64,000 nt of DNA from Oscillospiraceae bacterium (lineage in GTDB: Bacteria; Bacillota; Clostridia; Oscillospirales; Oscillospiraceae), in assembly GCA_017621795.1 (NCBI GenBank), contig JAGASJ010000004.1:14988-78987 (forward strand), written 5' to 3'. Below the pieces are notes generated by a model. The model saw only the letters and a program-made list of their open reading frames with translations. It did not search any database and had not been told where the DNA came from. A program made the translations under genes and the position numbers. Of the stretch, positions 39,633 to 48,679 are shown in pieces (within the stretch, counting starts at the first letter, position 1; the number at the start of each line of letters is the position of its first letter).

Positions 39633-41123
39633 CTACAATTCCGGTTTATCTACAAACTCTGCAATGGGTGCGTCATTTGCGCCCTCAGAATCAAACACGA
39701 TGAGGGTGTTTTTTCCTTCCTTCAGGACAGATTTTGGTACAAACAAGGTCTTCTGAGGACCGATCTTCCAAAATCTACCCAAATTAAAGCCATTGATTTC
39801 CGCAAAGCCCTTCCCGAAGCCTTCCAATTTCAAAAAGGTATCGCAAGGCTCCTGAATATCAAATTCAAAACGGTAGAAGGGCAGGCTACCCGCTTCGCAG
39901 CCTGTACGGAACAGTAGCTTATCCAAATTGTCCATAGGCAAGGGATATGCCTTCCATCGGAAGTGGATCTTATGATCCAGCAGCACTCTGCCAACCAAGC
40001 CCTTTTTTCGCATCATCTTGGGACCGAAATTGGTTCTGCCCATATTCTCCACCAGCACAGACAGTGTGCTTCCGCTCTTTGCAGAAACTGTTGTTTCATA
40101 AGGCGGCTCGTTCACATACAGGGTAGCGATCAGCTTACCATCCACAAAGACGTGCGCCCGATCACCGATCTCCTGGAATTTCAGGGGTGCGTCGGTGTAA
40201 TCCCGGTTCAAGGTGGTTTCATAGAGGGTATAGCCATAGCCTGCGCCGTAGAATTCCGCCGGCATAGGTACTTCTGTTTCCACAGGCTTTGCAAGATACT
40301 CTACGCTCTCAAAAAGGTCAGCGCAGGAAACGGCACGCACTTTGCCATACGCCTTCTTGGGACGGTCCGCAGGAACAGCAGGCAATTCCTTTCCCAAGTG
40401 CTTTTTGATGACCTCACGCACGGCATAATACTTGGGGGTCACATCTCCGGCTTCTGTCAGCAGCGCATCATAGTCATAGCTGGTCACATCCGGAGCAAAG
40501 GCTTCATGATGGTTGGCGCCGCTGGTAAAGCCAAAGTTTGTGCCGCCGATAAACATATACATATTCAGACTGCCGCGGCTGAGCATATCATCCACGGTTT
40601 TGGCGTAATCCTCTGCGGAGGTGGTGTGGTGCTGCTCATCGCCCCAGGCATCAAACCAGCCGTTCCACATTTCCATACACATTTTCGGCGCATTGGGATA
40701 AAGCTGATCGTGAAATTGGAAGTTCTCCTCTACCCGACTGCCAAAGTTCAGCGTAGAGAAACAACCTTCCACAGAGCCATCAAGGATCTCTGTCAGCTTG
40801 GTGCCGTCCGAGGTAAACAGCGGCACATCGATCCCTTGCTCCCGATAAATGCGCACCAAACTCTTTAAGTATTCCTGATCGTCGCCGTAGTAGCCGTACT
40901 CGTTTTCCACCTGCATCATAATGACATTTCCGCCATTGGTGCAAAGCATAGGTCTTACCTGGTCAAAAAGTCTTTCCAGGTAGGCAGAAAAGCACTGCAT
41001 ATATGCCCGATTCCCACAGCGGATCTCCATATTGGGAATATTCTGCAGCCACCAGGGCAGACCGCCAAATTCCCACTCAGCGCAAATATATGGGCCGGGC
41101 CGGACAATGGCATAAAGGCCGTG
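39633..41123 (-). pseudogene. GH35 beta-galactosidase lacking its 5' end
   Basis: QVENEYG, YMFIGGTNFG, TSYDYDA; the frame continues upstream as GLYAIVRPGPYICAEWEFGGLPWW and then homology stops; the N-terminal HYFR/WN.HE region and the native start are absent. Confidence 0.85.
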
Positions 41124-41578
41124 AGCCTTTTTGGGAATGTGCTCTGCAGACCCAGCTGAACAGCTTTATTCTGTACACACTGCGCAATTCCGGCCTGCTG
41201 ACCATTCCTGTGCAGAACACCAACACCCCCAACCCCTTAGCCCATGTCCACATGTACCTAACATCCCGTTATTACGAAAACATCACATTAGAGAAGCTGT
41301 CGACCCTCTTTAACATGAACAAGTACTATCTTGCCCATACCTTTAAGGCGACCTATGGCGACAGCATCATTCATTTTTTGAACGCCGTGCGGTGCCAGGC
41401 AGCGCAAACACTTCTGCAGGATACGGATCAGTCGGTAAACGATATTGCCTTCTGCGTAGGCTTTAATTCCTGTTCTTACTTCACAAAAACCTACCGTCAG
41501 TTTTTTGGAGAGACCCCGATCCAAACCCGTAATAGCTTTAGAAAGCAAAACCCGGAATCCCCGGAAGGTGTGGAATAA
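41123..41578 (+). pseudogene. AraC family regulator, C-terminal fragment only
   Basis: ITLEKLS...YLAHTFK...IAFCVGFNSCSYFTKTYRQFFGETP; no sensor domain; begins exactly where the GH35 frame loses homology. Confidence 0.8.
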
Positions 41579-41650
41579 TACATTTGTTTCGTATCTCCGT
41601 AATCGAATCAGTCGCAGCATTTTGACGCTTTTTAATATGGCCTAAAAGTT

Positions 41651-41690
41651 AAAAAACATCCGTTTTCCATAAGAAAACGGATGTTTTTTA
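41651..41690. terminator. Terminator hairpin nearly identical to the tRNA-fMet terminator
   Basis: AAAAAACATCCGTTTTC-CATAA-GAAAACGGATGTTTTTT versus 59377-59413. Confidence 0.75.
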
Positions 41691-41901
41691 TGTGTAATAA
41701 CCCTAATTTTGAAATGTTGCAACCCCCGGGGGTCGTTTTTTTCGGTTAAGGGGGAGGCGCTTTTTCCGCAAGGGGGGTCGTTTCCAAACCCAGAGGGGGG
41801 CGGAATTTTCACAGAGGGGGTCACGGCTGTTTTTATGCCAATTAACACATAGAACCGTCCCCTGTGCTATTTTACAAGTGTGTTTTTTCATTAAGCTGTT
41901 C

Positions 41902-42891
41902 CTATTCTGCGATGGGTTGAGCAATTTCTTTGACACCGGTATCATACTCAGTATTGGTGATTTCTGAGCGCGTATAACGTTCGTCAAATAGATCAATCAA
42001 ACTTTCGACGTCGGTATATGTATTTAATACGATTTGTTTTTTTGATTCATCAATCTTAAACTTGCCCTTCCAACGATCAACGGTTTTAATCTTATTAAGC
42101 AATTCATCAGCACTCAGCGAAAGTACCTTTGAAGTTCCAATACGCATCATCTTTTTTGCGTATTTATGCTTTCCTCGACCAATATATTCTGTTAGTTTTT
42201 CCGAATTTGAAACTATATTTGTCGCTGTTATATTATTGATTATTTGCTCAGCGGATTGATAAATATAATTTTGAAATCCAAAATTGTTTTGCAAGAGTTT
42301 GTCATTGGCAGTAATTAAATATTCATCAATAATCAATATATCAATTTTTTTTGCAATGGTGAGCAACCAGTCTTTCTGCTCTTCGAAGATTGTTTGGTTT
42401 TCGAATTTGTTGAACCGAGCCATTAAACTGTTCTTTTTTCTGTTCGGAACCATAATACTCCAAAGATGCTGGTAGCACCAAATTGTAACATCACCTTTTC
42501 TTAGTTTGAAAGCAATTCCGGTTGCATTAGGCAGATCTTCAATGTCAAACACATCATCGGTTTCCGAATCAGCCAAAAATCCGAAAGGGTTATAGTCGCC
42601 ACTTTGTTTGATGATTAAAAATTTGTTTTGGTTATCTGCTAACCGAGTGCCATCAACATATTCTGCTTCGTCAGATAAATAGTATTCGCTGATTACAGAA
42701 AAAATCATAACTTTGAGAACATCTCTGAAAGTATCGCCATCACTGTTTTTATTTTCTGACATAGACATTCTCTTGAGTCTAGGCCCAGTTTTCATAACAA
42801 TGAAAGTATCAAAACCACATAAATTAGGATTATTATGGAAATCCGTCAAAAGCGACCTAATTTTTGATTGATTTAATTCGTTATCTGGCAT
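41902..42891 (-). CDS. kwaB: Kiwa anti-phage protein KwaB (DUF4868-like)
   Basis: 329 aa; KIDILII...LQNNFGF, LFDERYTRSEITNTEYDT C-terminus typical of DUF4868; directly downstream of a KwaA-like TM gene. Confidence 0.75.
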   Translation of the reverse strand: MPDNELNQSKIRSLLTDFHNNPNLCGFDTFIVMKTGPRLKRMSMSENKNSDGDTFRDVLKVMIFSVISEYYLSDEAEYVDGTRLADNQNKFLIIKQSGDYNPFGFLADSETDDVFDIEDLPNATGIAFKLRKGDVTIWCYQHLWSIMVPNRKKNSLMARFNKFENQTIFEEQKDWLLTIAKKIDILIIDEYLITANDKLLQNNFGFQNYIYQSAEQIINNITATNIVSNSEKLTEYIGRGKHKYAKKMMRIGTSKVLSLSADELLNKIKTVDRWKGKFKIDESKKQIVLNTYTDVESLIDLFDERYTRSEITNTEYDTGVKEIAQPIAE

Positions 42892-42911
42892 TTTTATTAT
42901 CTCCGTTTCCT

Positions 42912-43556
42912 TTATTCATTATAAATCAGAAAAACTCCATCCGATATGTGTTTGCGCTTGATGGTAGCTTCCTCAGAAACACCCTCGCCACGGGTTATAC
43001 AAATATATTCCGCCTCTGGATCTACAATATCCTTGTCAGGATTGAGAAACTTAAAAGAATATGTTTTATATTTCAAAGCGGCTAATATTGGGTTATGGTA
43101 AAAAGCTTTTGAATTTATCAAAAGCGCTATTATCATAACAAGCATTAAAATGAAAACAACCAATCCGCGGAAAGTACTAACATCATCGGTTAGTAAAGGC
43201 AGCACATAGGTAACCAAAAATATAGCGCTGCCTTCTGTTTCGGTGTTGGCAACGATAATTTGCTCACCTGCAGATTTAAAACCACTGTTTTGTATACCCT
43301 TAAAACCTAGTGCTATAAATAATGTAGCAATCATCCAAGCTAATCCGAGGGCGGAAACAAATAGACCGCCAAAAGCTTGATGCTGAAAGGCTTTAACGAC
43401 TACGAAAAAACCACTTTCCCTTATTTCACTAAAAAATTTACATATCAACGCCCAATAAAGACTACAGTCCAGGTGTTTGATTGTCAACAGCAAAAAAAGT
43501 GGAGCAAAAGATTGAACTACTAAACTTCGTTTTACTCGTATATTATCTTTTTCCAT
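42912..43556 (-). CDS. kwaA: Kiwa anti-phage membrane protein KwaA
   Basis: SFAPLFLLL N-terminal TM, FLVTYVLPLL, FYHNPILAALKYKTY motif; ~4 TM segments. Confidence 0.75.
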   Translation of the reverse strand: MEKDNIRVKRSLVVQSFAPLFLLLTIKHLDCSLYWALICKFFSEIRESGFFVVVKAFQHQAFGGLFVSALGLAWMIATLFIALGFKGIQNSGFKSAGEQIIVANTETEGSAIFLVTYVLPLLTDDVSTFRGLVVFILMLVMIIALLINSKAFYHNPILAALKYKTYSFKFLNPDKDIVDPEAEYICITRGEGVSEEATIKRKHISDGVFLIYNE

Positions 43557-43623
43557 ATCTCATCTCTTCATGTAAACTTATTATTTATACTTTTGATATA
43601 GCATGCAAAAACATACATATCAA

Positions 43624-44859
43624 TCACAACTCAGGAAGAGCGCATATTTCCGTGATTTTTCTCCACAAGATGTTATACTTTCTATCCATAAGTCCAAGCG
43701 ATTGCCACAAGATTTTCTCATATTTCAAAAAACCTGTTTTTGATGCGGTGCCCGAAACTCGATTAGGATTTCTCTTGATATAACCTTTGAGCTCGTAGTC
43801 TGTTTCCATAATTGCAAGAACCTCATCAATATCTTTATCAGGATGCTTTTTGGAAGTGGAATCAATATCAAGCAACAAATCCAAATGGTGACCAACGGTG
43901 AGAACTTCTCTAGTAAAATAATCGGCAAACACCTTGCTGGTGGGACCGTTTGAAAGGCCTATATGATATAGCTTAAAGCCAGAATCTGTTAAACTACCTT
44001 CAGAGTCAATTACCTGGATATGTTTCAAAAAAGTGACATAATTCTTTTTGATAGAGTTGTAATAGTTGTCTCCAACAAAGGTGGTGTCAATGTCTTGGGA
44101 AATAATTGCTGCCCATTGCTCCTGGGGTAGTTTTTTGCGCATAGCCGCCACTTTCTTTTCCAAGAAAGTAAGAGGCTTTCCAGTTTGAAGTGTACCGATT
44201 ACATTGCCTGCGATATCCGTTACAGGCGCTGTACGGAAATCTGTCAAAATGCTTGTTGGAATAATTTTTTCTTTCCAGCACGCGGCAAAGGCATCTTCTT
44301 CCACAATGCCAACTTTTTTCAAATAGTAATAGTGTAAAAGCAGATGAAACATTGCGATCGGCAGGTCTTGATGCTTTGCCCAGAATCGATCGGCTGTCGG
44401 CTTGTGAGTGTGATCTGTATCGGTCGAAAGAGAGGCTACATTGTGTGCTAAAGTTAAATTGTTAGGATTATTATTATCATAAACAATAAGACCAACAGGT
44501 ATTTTGTCGCCGATTTGTGTGCTGTACAAATCTGTAAGAAAATCTCCCATATTAAAGCCATCAATTACTTGAGGCGAAATGAGGTATGCCAAGTCACAAC
44601 TTTTGAGATATGCGATGCTTTGTCCAACACCAGTAAGCATACCTCTTTTAGTTTCCGTTGCAGGTTTGAACTCAAAAGAAGCAAGCTTTTTGTTCGTTGG
44701 ATCATAAAAAGCGGCATCGGGAGAGGGAAAATCCGCACTTGTACCAACTCTATAGAAATCAGCACCCCAGTTTCCGTTATACTGCCATGTAGCAGTTTTG
44801 AAGTTTTGTAAAATCGCATCAGTTGTTGCTTTAGCAAGAACATGGTGATTTAAAGCCAC
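43624..44859 (-). CDS. Putative type II restriction endonuclease (PD-(D/E)XK)
   Basis: PDAAF...FEFK...GQSIAY nuclease motif; 3 bp downstream of the methyltransferase. Confidence 0.65.
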   Translation of the reverse strand: MALNHHVLAKATTDAILQNFKTATWQYNGNWGADFYRVGTSADFPSPDAAFYDPTNKKLASFEFKPATETKRGMLTGVGQSIAYLKSCDLAYLISPQVIDGFNMGDFLTDLYSTQIGDKIPVGLIVYDNNNPNNLTLAHNVASLSTDTDHTHKPTADRFWAKHQDLPIAMFHLLLHYYYLKKVGIVEEDAFAACWKEKIIPTSILTDFRTAPVTDIAGNVIGTLQTGKPLTFLEKKVAAMRKKLPQEQWAAIISQDIDTTFVGDNYYNSIKKNYVTFLKHIQVIDSEGSLTDSGFKLYHIGLSNGPTSKVFADYFTREVLTVGHHLDLLLDIDSTSKKHPDKDIDEVLAIMETDYELKGYIKRNPNRVSGTASKTGFLKYEKILWQSLGLMDRKYNILWRKITEICALPEL

Positions 44860-44862
44860 TGT

Positions 44863-47070
44863 TTATTCCTCCTCCAACATAGATTTCTTTGCGAGATGTG
44901 TTGCAGAGTCACTGCTCCACTCCTTGTTAACAACAGTTCTTAATCTTTCGCCAAATGTTTGAGCCACAATACAAGGGAAGGCATTTCCTACCTGTAAGCA
45001 CTGGTTAATAATAGGTCCGACAAATTCAAAATCGTCTGGAAATGTTTGAATGCGTGCAGCTTCTCTAACTGTAAGTGTTCTGTTTAATGTAGGGTGAACC
45101 GGAAGCGCGTTGTGTCCAGGAACAATCGTGCAAGAAGGTTTTTTGCGGTCAAGTCGCGCAAATACATGACTAAAATTGGCAACCGGCTTGCCGGTTTTAG
45201 TTCCCAACTTTAGATGCTCGGGTAATGCGTTAACATCCATTTTGCCCCCTTCGGGAATATAAGAAAAACGTTCTGCAACCACTTTTGAGTGACTGGGGGC
45301 ACGATGATTTTTCAGCTTGCCTAATGTAGATTCGTCTGCAAGATCCGTCAGTACTTCCTCAACTGTTCTATAAGGATGTTGCCAAGATTCGGGATTCTCA
45401 AAATATTTAGCTTTCGGGAACGGGAACGCCAAGTCCGTTTTTGTGCCAATCAAAATAAAACGACGACGCAACTGAGGTGCACCGTAATCGGCTGCATTTA
45501 TCACTCTGTGTTCAGTACGGTAACCGTGTGCTCTAAAATACTGCTCAATGGTATTAACATACTCACCATTGTGAGCAGAAAGGATGCCGGGAACATTTTC
45601 CATAATAAACCAGGGCGTTTCTGATTGCACAACGATATTGGCGAATGCATAAACTAAATTATTTCTTTGGTCTTTAGTTAAATCGTGATTCTTGGTGTTA
45701 ACAAATCTTCGATTTCCAAACATAGAAAACCCTTGACACGGAGGACCTCCAACAACAAGATCAACCTTAGCGCGTTTCAGCTTTTCTGCTACAAGAATTT
45801 GATTTTCTTCTACCGAGAGGTCAATTTGCAAGCACTCGTGAGTAAAGTTTTTTCTATAGGCCTCAACAGCATAGTCATTGAATTCTGCTCCGAGTACACA
45901 TTCCAATCCCGCTTGCTCCAACCCCTGTGTAAATCCACCCGCACCACAGAACAAGTCTCCAAACTTCAGGGTTGCGCGTTTTGCCTTTCGTTCTTTACAA
46001 AGGGAGATTCCGAGATCTGTTTTTGCATAAAAAGAGTTGTCAGGCATAATTCCAGAATAAGTTTCTCCCTCAATAAAATGACGAACACAATCTGCAATTT
46101 TTGCTGCCATAAGAGGAGGTACAGCATTTCCCACTTGAATGCATTGAGACCTGCGGTCTCCACTAAAAATATAGGTGTCCGGGAAGGTTTGGATACGTGC
46201 GCCCTCTCGAGGTGTCAAACTACGATCAAGCACGGGGTGCACGGGGAGTGCGTTATTTCCGGGGACGATGGTAGAAGATACTTCCTGACGATGCAAGCGA
46301 GTATAAGTGTTTCCGAAATTTTTGCGTCTAATATCCGCTGGAAGATCCTCTGGTTTGGGAAGTTTTCCACCTTCAGGAATAAGTTGATATCTCCTAACAA
46401 CAATATCGGAATGATTAAGAGCAATATGATTGGGAACTTCCTCGCCTTTGTCCATAAGGTCGTTAATAGCTTCGCCGACATTTTTAAAGGCTTTGATATC
46501 ACCATAAGAATTGGAACTGTGCACAGGGAAAAGGAATTGTTTCTCCGATGTTGTTCCAACAATGAATACACGCTCTCGTTTTTGTGGCACTCCGTAATTA
46601 GATGTATCAAGCATCGAATAATGCAAATTGTATCCGATAGCCATAAATGCATTAACCACTTGTTCAAAGTATCTGCCTTCAAACATAGTGAATAAACCCT
46701 TTACGTTTTCAAAAATAAAGCATTTTGGGCGAATTGCATCAACAATTTTAACATAGCTTTCAAAAAGCATATTTCTGGGATCGGCAGAGTTTTTGTTTCC
46801 CATATTGGAAAAACCCTGACAGGGAGGGCCACCAATAATAACATCGATTTTTTTGTTACCGATATATGATTTAATATTGGATATGGACAGTTTTCTGATA
46901 TCTTCCAATAAATACGGCTCGTTGGGAAAATTGAAAGAAAAAGTGTCTCTTGCTTGGGGCATTATGTCACTTGCTAGTAACCCTTCAAAACCCGCTTCTT
47001 TAAAACCAATATCCAAACCTCCGGCACCAGTGAAAAGAGAAATATAGTAATGCTTCTTATTGCTCATCAC
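44863..47070 (-). CDS. DNA (cytosine-5) methyltransferase with two fused complete MTase domains
   Basis: Two each of FxGAGG (motif I), GGPPCQGFS (IV), ENV (VI), Q.R.R (VIII), RE.ARIQTFPD and QVGNA (IX/X). Confidence 0.93.
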   Translation of the reverse strand: MMSNKKHYYISLFTGAGGLDIGFKEAGFEGLLASDIMPQARDTFSFNFPNEPYLLEDIRKLSISNIKSYIGNKKIDVIIGGPPCQGFSNMGNKNSADPRNMLFESYVKIVDAIRPKCFIFENVKGLFTMFEGRYFEQVVNAFMAIGYNLHYSMLDTSNYGVPQKRERVFIVGTTSEKQFLFPVHSSNSYGDIKAFKNVGEAINDLMDKGEEVPNHIALNHSDIVVRRYQLIPEGGKLPKPEDLPADIRRKNFGNTYTRLHRQEVSSTIVPGNNALPVHPVLDRSLTPREGARIQTFPDTYIFSGDRRSQCIQVGNAVPPLMAAKIADCVRHFIEGETYSGIMPDNSFYAKTDLGISLCKERKAKRATLKFGDLFCGAGGFTQGLEQAGLECVLGAEFNDYAVEAYRKNFTHECLQIDLSVEENQILVAEKLKRAKVDLVVGGPPCQGFSMFGNRRFVNTKNHDLTKDQRNNLVYAFANIVVQSETPWFIMENVPGILSAHNGEYVNTIEQYFRAHGYRTEHRVINAADYGAPQLRRRFILIGTKTDLAFPFPKAKYFENPESWQHPYRTVEEVLTDLADESTLGKLKNHRAPSHSKVVAERFSYIPEGGKMDVNALPEHLKLGTKTGKPVANFSHVFARLDRKKPSCTIVPGHNALPVHPTLNRTLTVREAARIQTFPDDFEFVGPIINQCLQVGNAFPCIVAQTFGERLRTVVNKEWSSDSATHLAKKSMLEEE

Positions 47071-47284
47071 TTTTTACCCCCATACATTCGGCGCTAATGT
47101 CAAAAATTATACCGTTCTTTTTGCAGTAATCATCAAGTAGTTTCATTGTTTTATATGTAGGCTTTGTTTTGCCAGATTCCCATCTGTTTACTGTGGCAAA
47201 CGAAACACCGAGTTCTTTTGCAAAAGCTTCTTGGCTTAAAAAGTGTTTTTGTCTGATTTGCTTTATAGTTTCGGAAAAAGTCAT
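47057..47284 (-). CDS. XRE-family HTH regulator (controller/C-protein-like)
   Basis: LSQEAFAKELGVSFATVNRWESGK; overlaps the MTase start. Confidence 0.88.
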   Translation of the reverse strand: MTFSETIKQIRQKHFLSQEAFAKELGVSFATVNRWESGKTKPTYKTMKLLDDYCKKNGIIFDISAECMGVKSDEQ

Positions 47285-47631
47285 GGCAATTCTCCTTCAT
47301 AGCAGAGTTATGACATTATTATAACATCTTTTTATATTTTTTGCAAGTGCGGTGCGACAAAAAATGACAGCTTTATTATAACATCATATGTTATGAATCT
47401 CTTCACATTTGCAAATTCATAACATGTAATGTTCTCGGTGTTCGTTTACGGGAGCTTTGCTCGTTTACGGGAGCAGATATCCATTGCTGGGTAAAGGGCT
47501 AAAATGCCTTTTTTAGGTGTTTTTCGACAATGCGGTAACCTTATATTCCCGCTATAATTTTAGTACAAAGCCTTGTTTTTGTAGCGCCTTATACAAACAA
47601 GAGTGCTGATAACAGGTGAAAAATCACAAAA

Positions 47632-47666
47632 AATTAAGGTTGATTCGTTTTGAATCAACCTTAATT
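47632..47666 (-). terminator. Hairpin downstream of the tRNA 3'-fragment copy
   Basis: AATTAAGGTTGATTC-GTTTT-GAATCAACCTTAATT, perfect 15-bp stem. Confidence 0.7.
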
Positions 47667-47671
47667 AGTTT

Positions 47672-47693
47672 TGGTTGCGGAGGTAGGACTCGA
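47672..47693 (-). repeat. Truncated att copy: 3' 22 nt of tRNA-fMet
   Basis: TGGTTGCGGAGGTAGGACTCGA, one mismatch to 59415-59436. Confidence 0.85.
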
Positions 47694-48073
47694 TGGGCGC
47701 CTGACTGGGTGGGTTTTGGGTTGATCGGTGGCTTGTCCCGGTTTGCGGTGCCCGGCAAAATCTACACCCAACGAAGTGGGCGCAGATTTATGCCGACCGC
47801 TGCACTGCGCTCGGGTCGCTTCATCTGCCACCGGCAGCGCTCCCCTCGCTTACGGGGCGAGCTACGCTCGCCGACCTCATAACCCGGAGCACAAAAAAAT
47901 AGATGGCAGTCTACACCCGTACCGGATGCCGCCCGTCATCTATGGACTCTTCCCCGGGCTAAAAATTGCTCGCCAGCTCTCAATTTTTACACCAGTGTGC
48001 GCACTGGTGCCGCCCTCTTCGAGTCCGCATCCATAACCAAAGAAAAACCCATCCGAATGGATGGGTTTTTCTT
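47694..48073. repeat. GC-rich palindrome-rich intergenic element containing an inverted, split tRNA 3' half
   Basis: CTCATAACCCGGAG at 47876-47889 and TTCGAGTCC-GCATCCATAACCA at 48018-48039 on the + strand; multiple hairpins. Confidence 0.6.
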
Positions 48074-48118
48074 TGGTTGCGGAGGCAGGACTCGAACCTA
48101 CGACCTCCGGGTTATGAG
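48074..48118 (-). repeat. att site: 45-bp duplication of the tRNA-fMet 3' half
   Basis: Identical to 59415-59459, ending within the anticodon arm. Confidence 0.95.
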
Positions 48119-48262
48119 TAAATGTGCTTAATATGCTTTTGTGCTTTTCTTGACATTTTTCAATGTTTTTTCCTTATTTTTCCGCCTTTAAGAAACATTT
48201 TGCACCATGGTATATAGGCAAAATGAAGGCACGTTGGTGTCATCGTTGGCGTCAAGCAAAAC

Positions 48263-48679
48263 TTACACCTTAGTCAACTTTGCAATTTCTTTTTCCAGAA
48301 ACGCACAGGTTTCGTCAGGCATTTTTCCCTTTAGGTTTTTATAAAATCCTTTCGCTCTGTTGGGATACAAAACGAACTTGCTTACCTCACCGTCAGCAAA
48401 TGTGATTACGCAACTGTAGCAGTCATCGTTTGTCGCAGAGAAATGAATCATTTCTACGAATACGAGCTCTTTAATCTCTTCAGCAATATCTATTCGCGCT
48501 ACCTCCTCTTTCTCCTTAAAGAAGATCATTTGAGACAGGCTTTCTGATGTGCTTACTGTCTCTGTAGGAGGATTGCCCAATGCAATATCGCATCCTTCGT
48601 ATTTTCCGGCCAAAACCACACCGTAGCGTGTAGCAAGAAATGAACCTACTTTTTTTAAAATATTGTCAAAGAATCCCAT
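48263..48679 (-). CDS. Hypothetical protein (138 aa)
   Basis: ORF with GGAGG RBS; last gene of a co-oriented 4-gene run. Confidence 0.7.
   Translation of the reverse strand: MGFFDNILKKVGSFLATRYGVVLAGKYEGCDIALGNPPTETVSTSESLSQMIFFKEKEEVARIDIAEEIKELVFVEMIHFSATNDDCYSCVITFADGEVSKFVLYPNRAKGFYKNLKGKMPDETCAFLEKEIAKLTKV

Larger units (their letters stand above)
41693..47693. mobile_element. Degenerate AT-rich defence island (Kiwa + restriction-modification) in tandem at the tRNA-fMet locus
   Basis: Visible shift to AT-rich sequence; right end is a 22-bp tRNA 3' fragment (47672-47693); no integrase retained; left boundary approximate. Confidence 0.6.

Noticed and set aside
41003-41578. Intact 191-aa AraC gene as given in the ORF track
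   Set aside because: The first 40 codons are the antisense of the GH35 gene; only the C-terminal fragment is AraC-like
47616-48036. Short plus-strand ORFs (88 and 102 aa)
   Set aside because: They lie over the att fragment and the palindromic repeat; no RBS or protein-like features
48074-48118. Second tRNA-Met gene
   Set aside because: Only the 3' 45 nt are present; no D-arm or acceptor 5' strand
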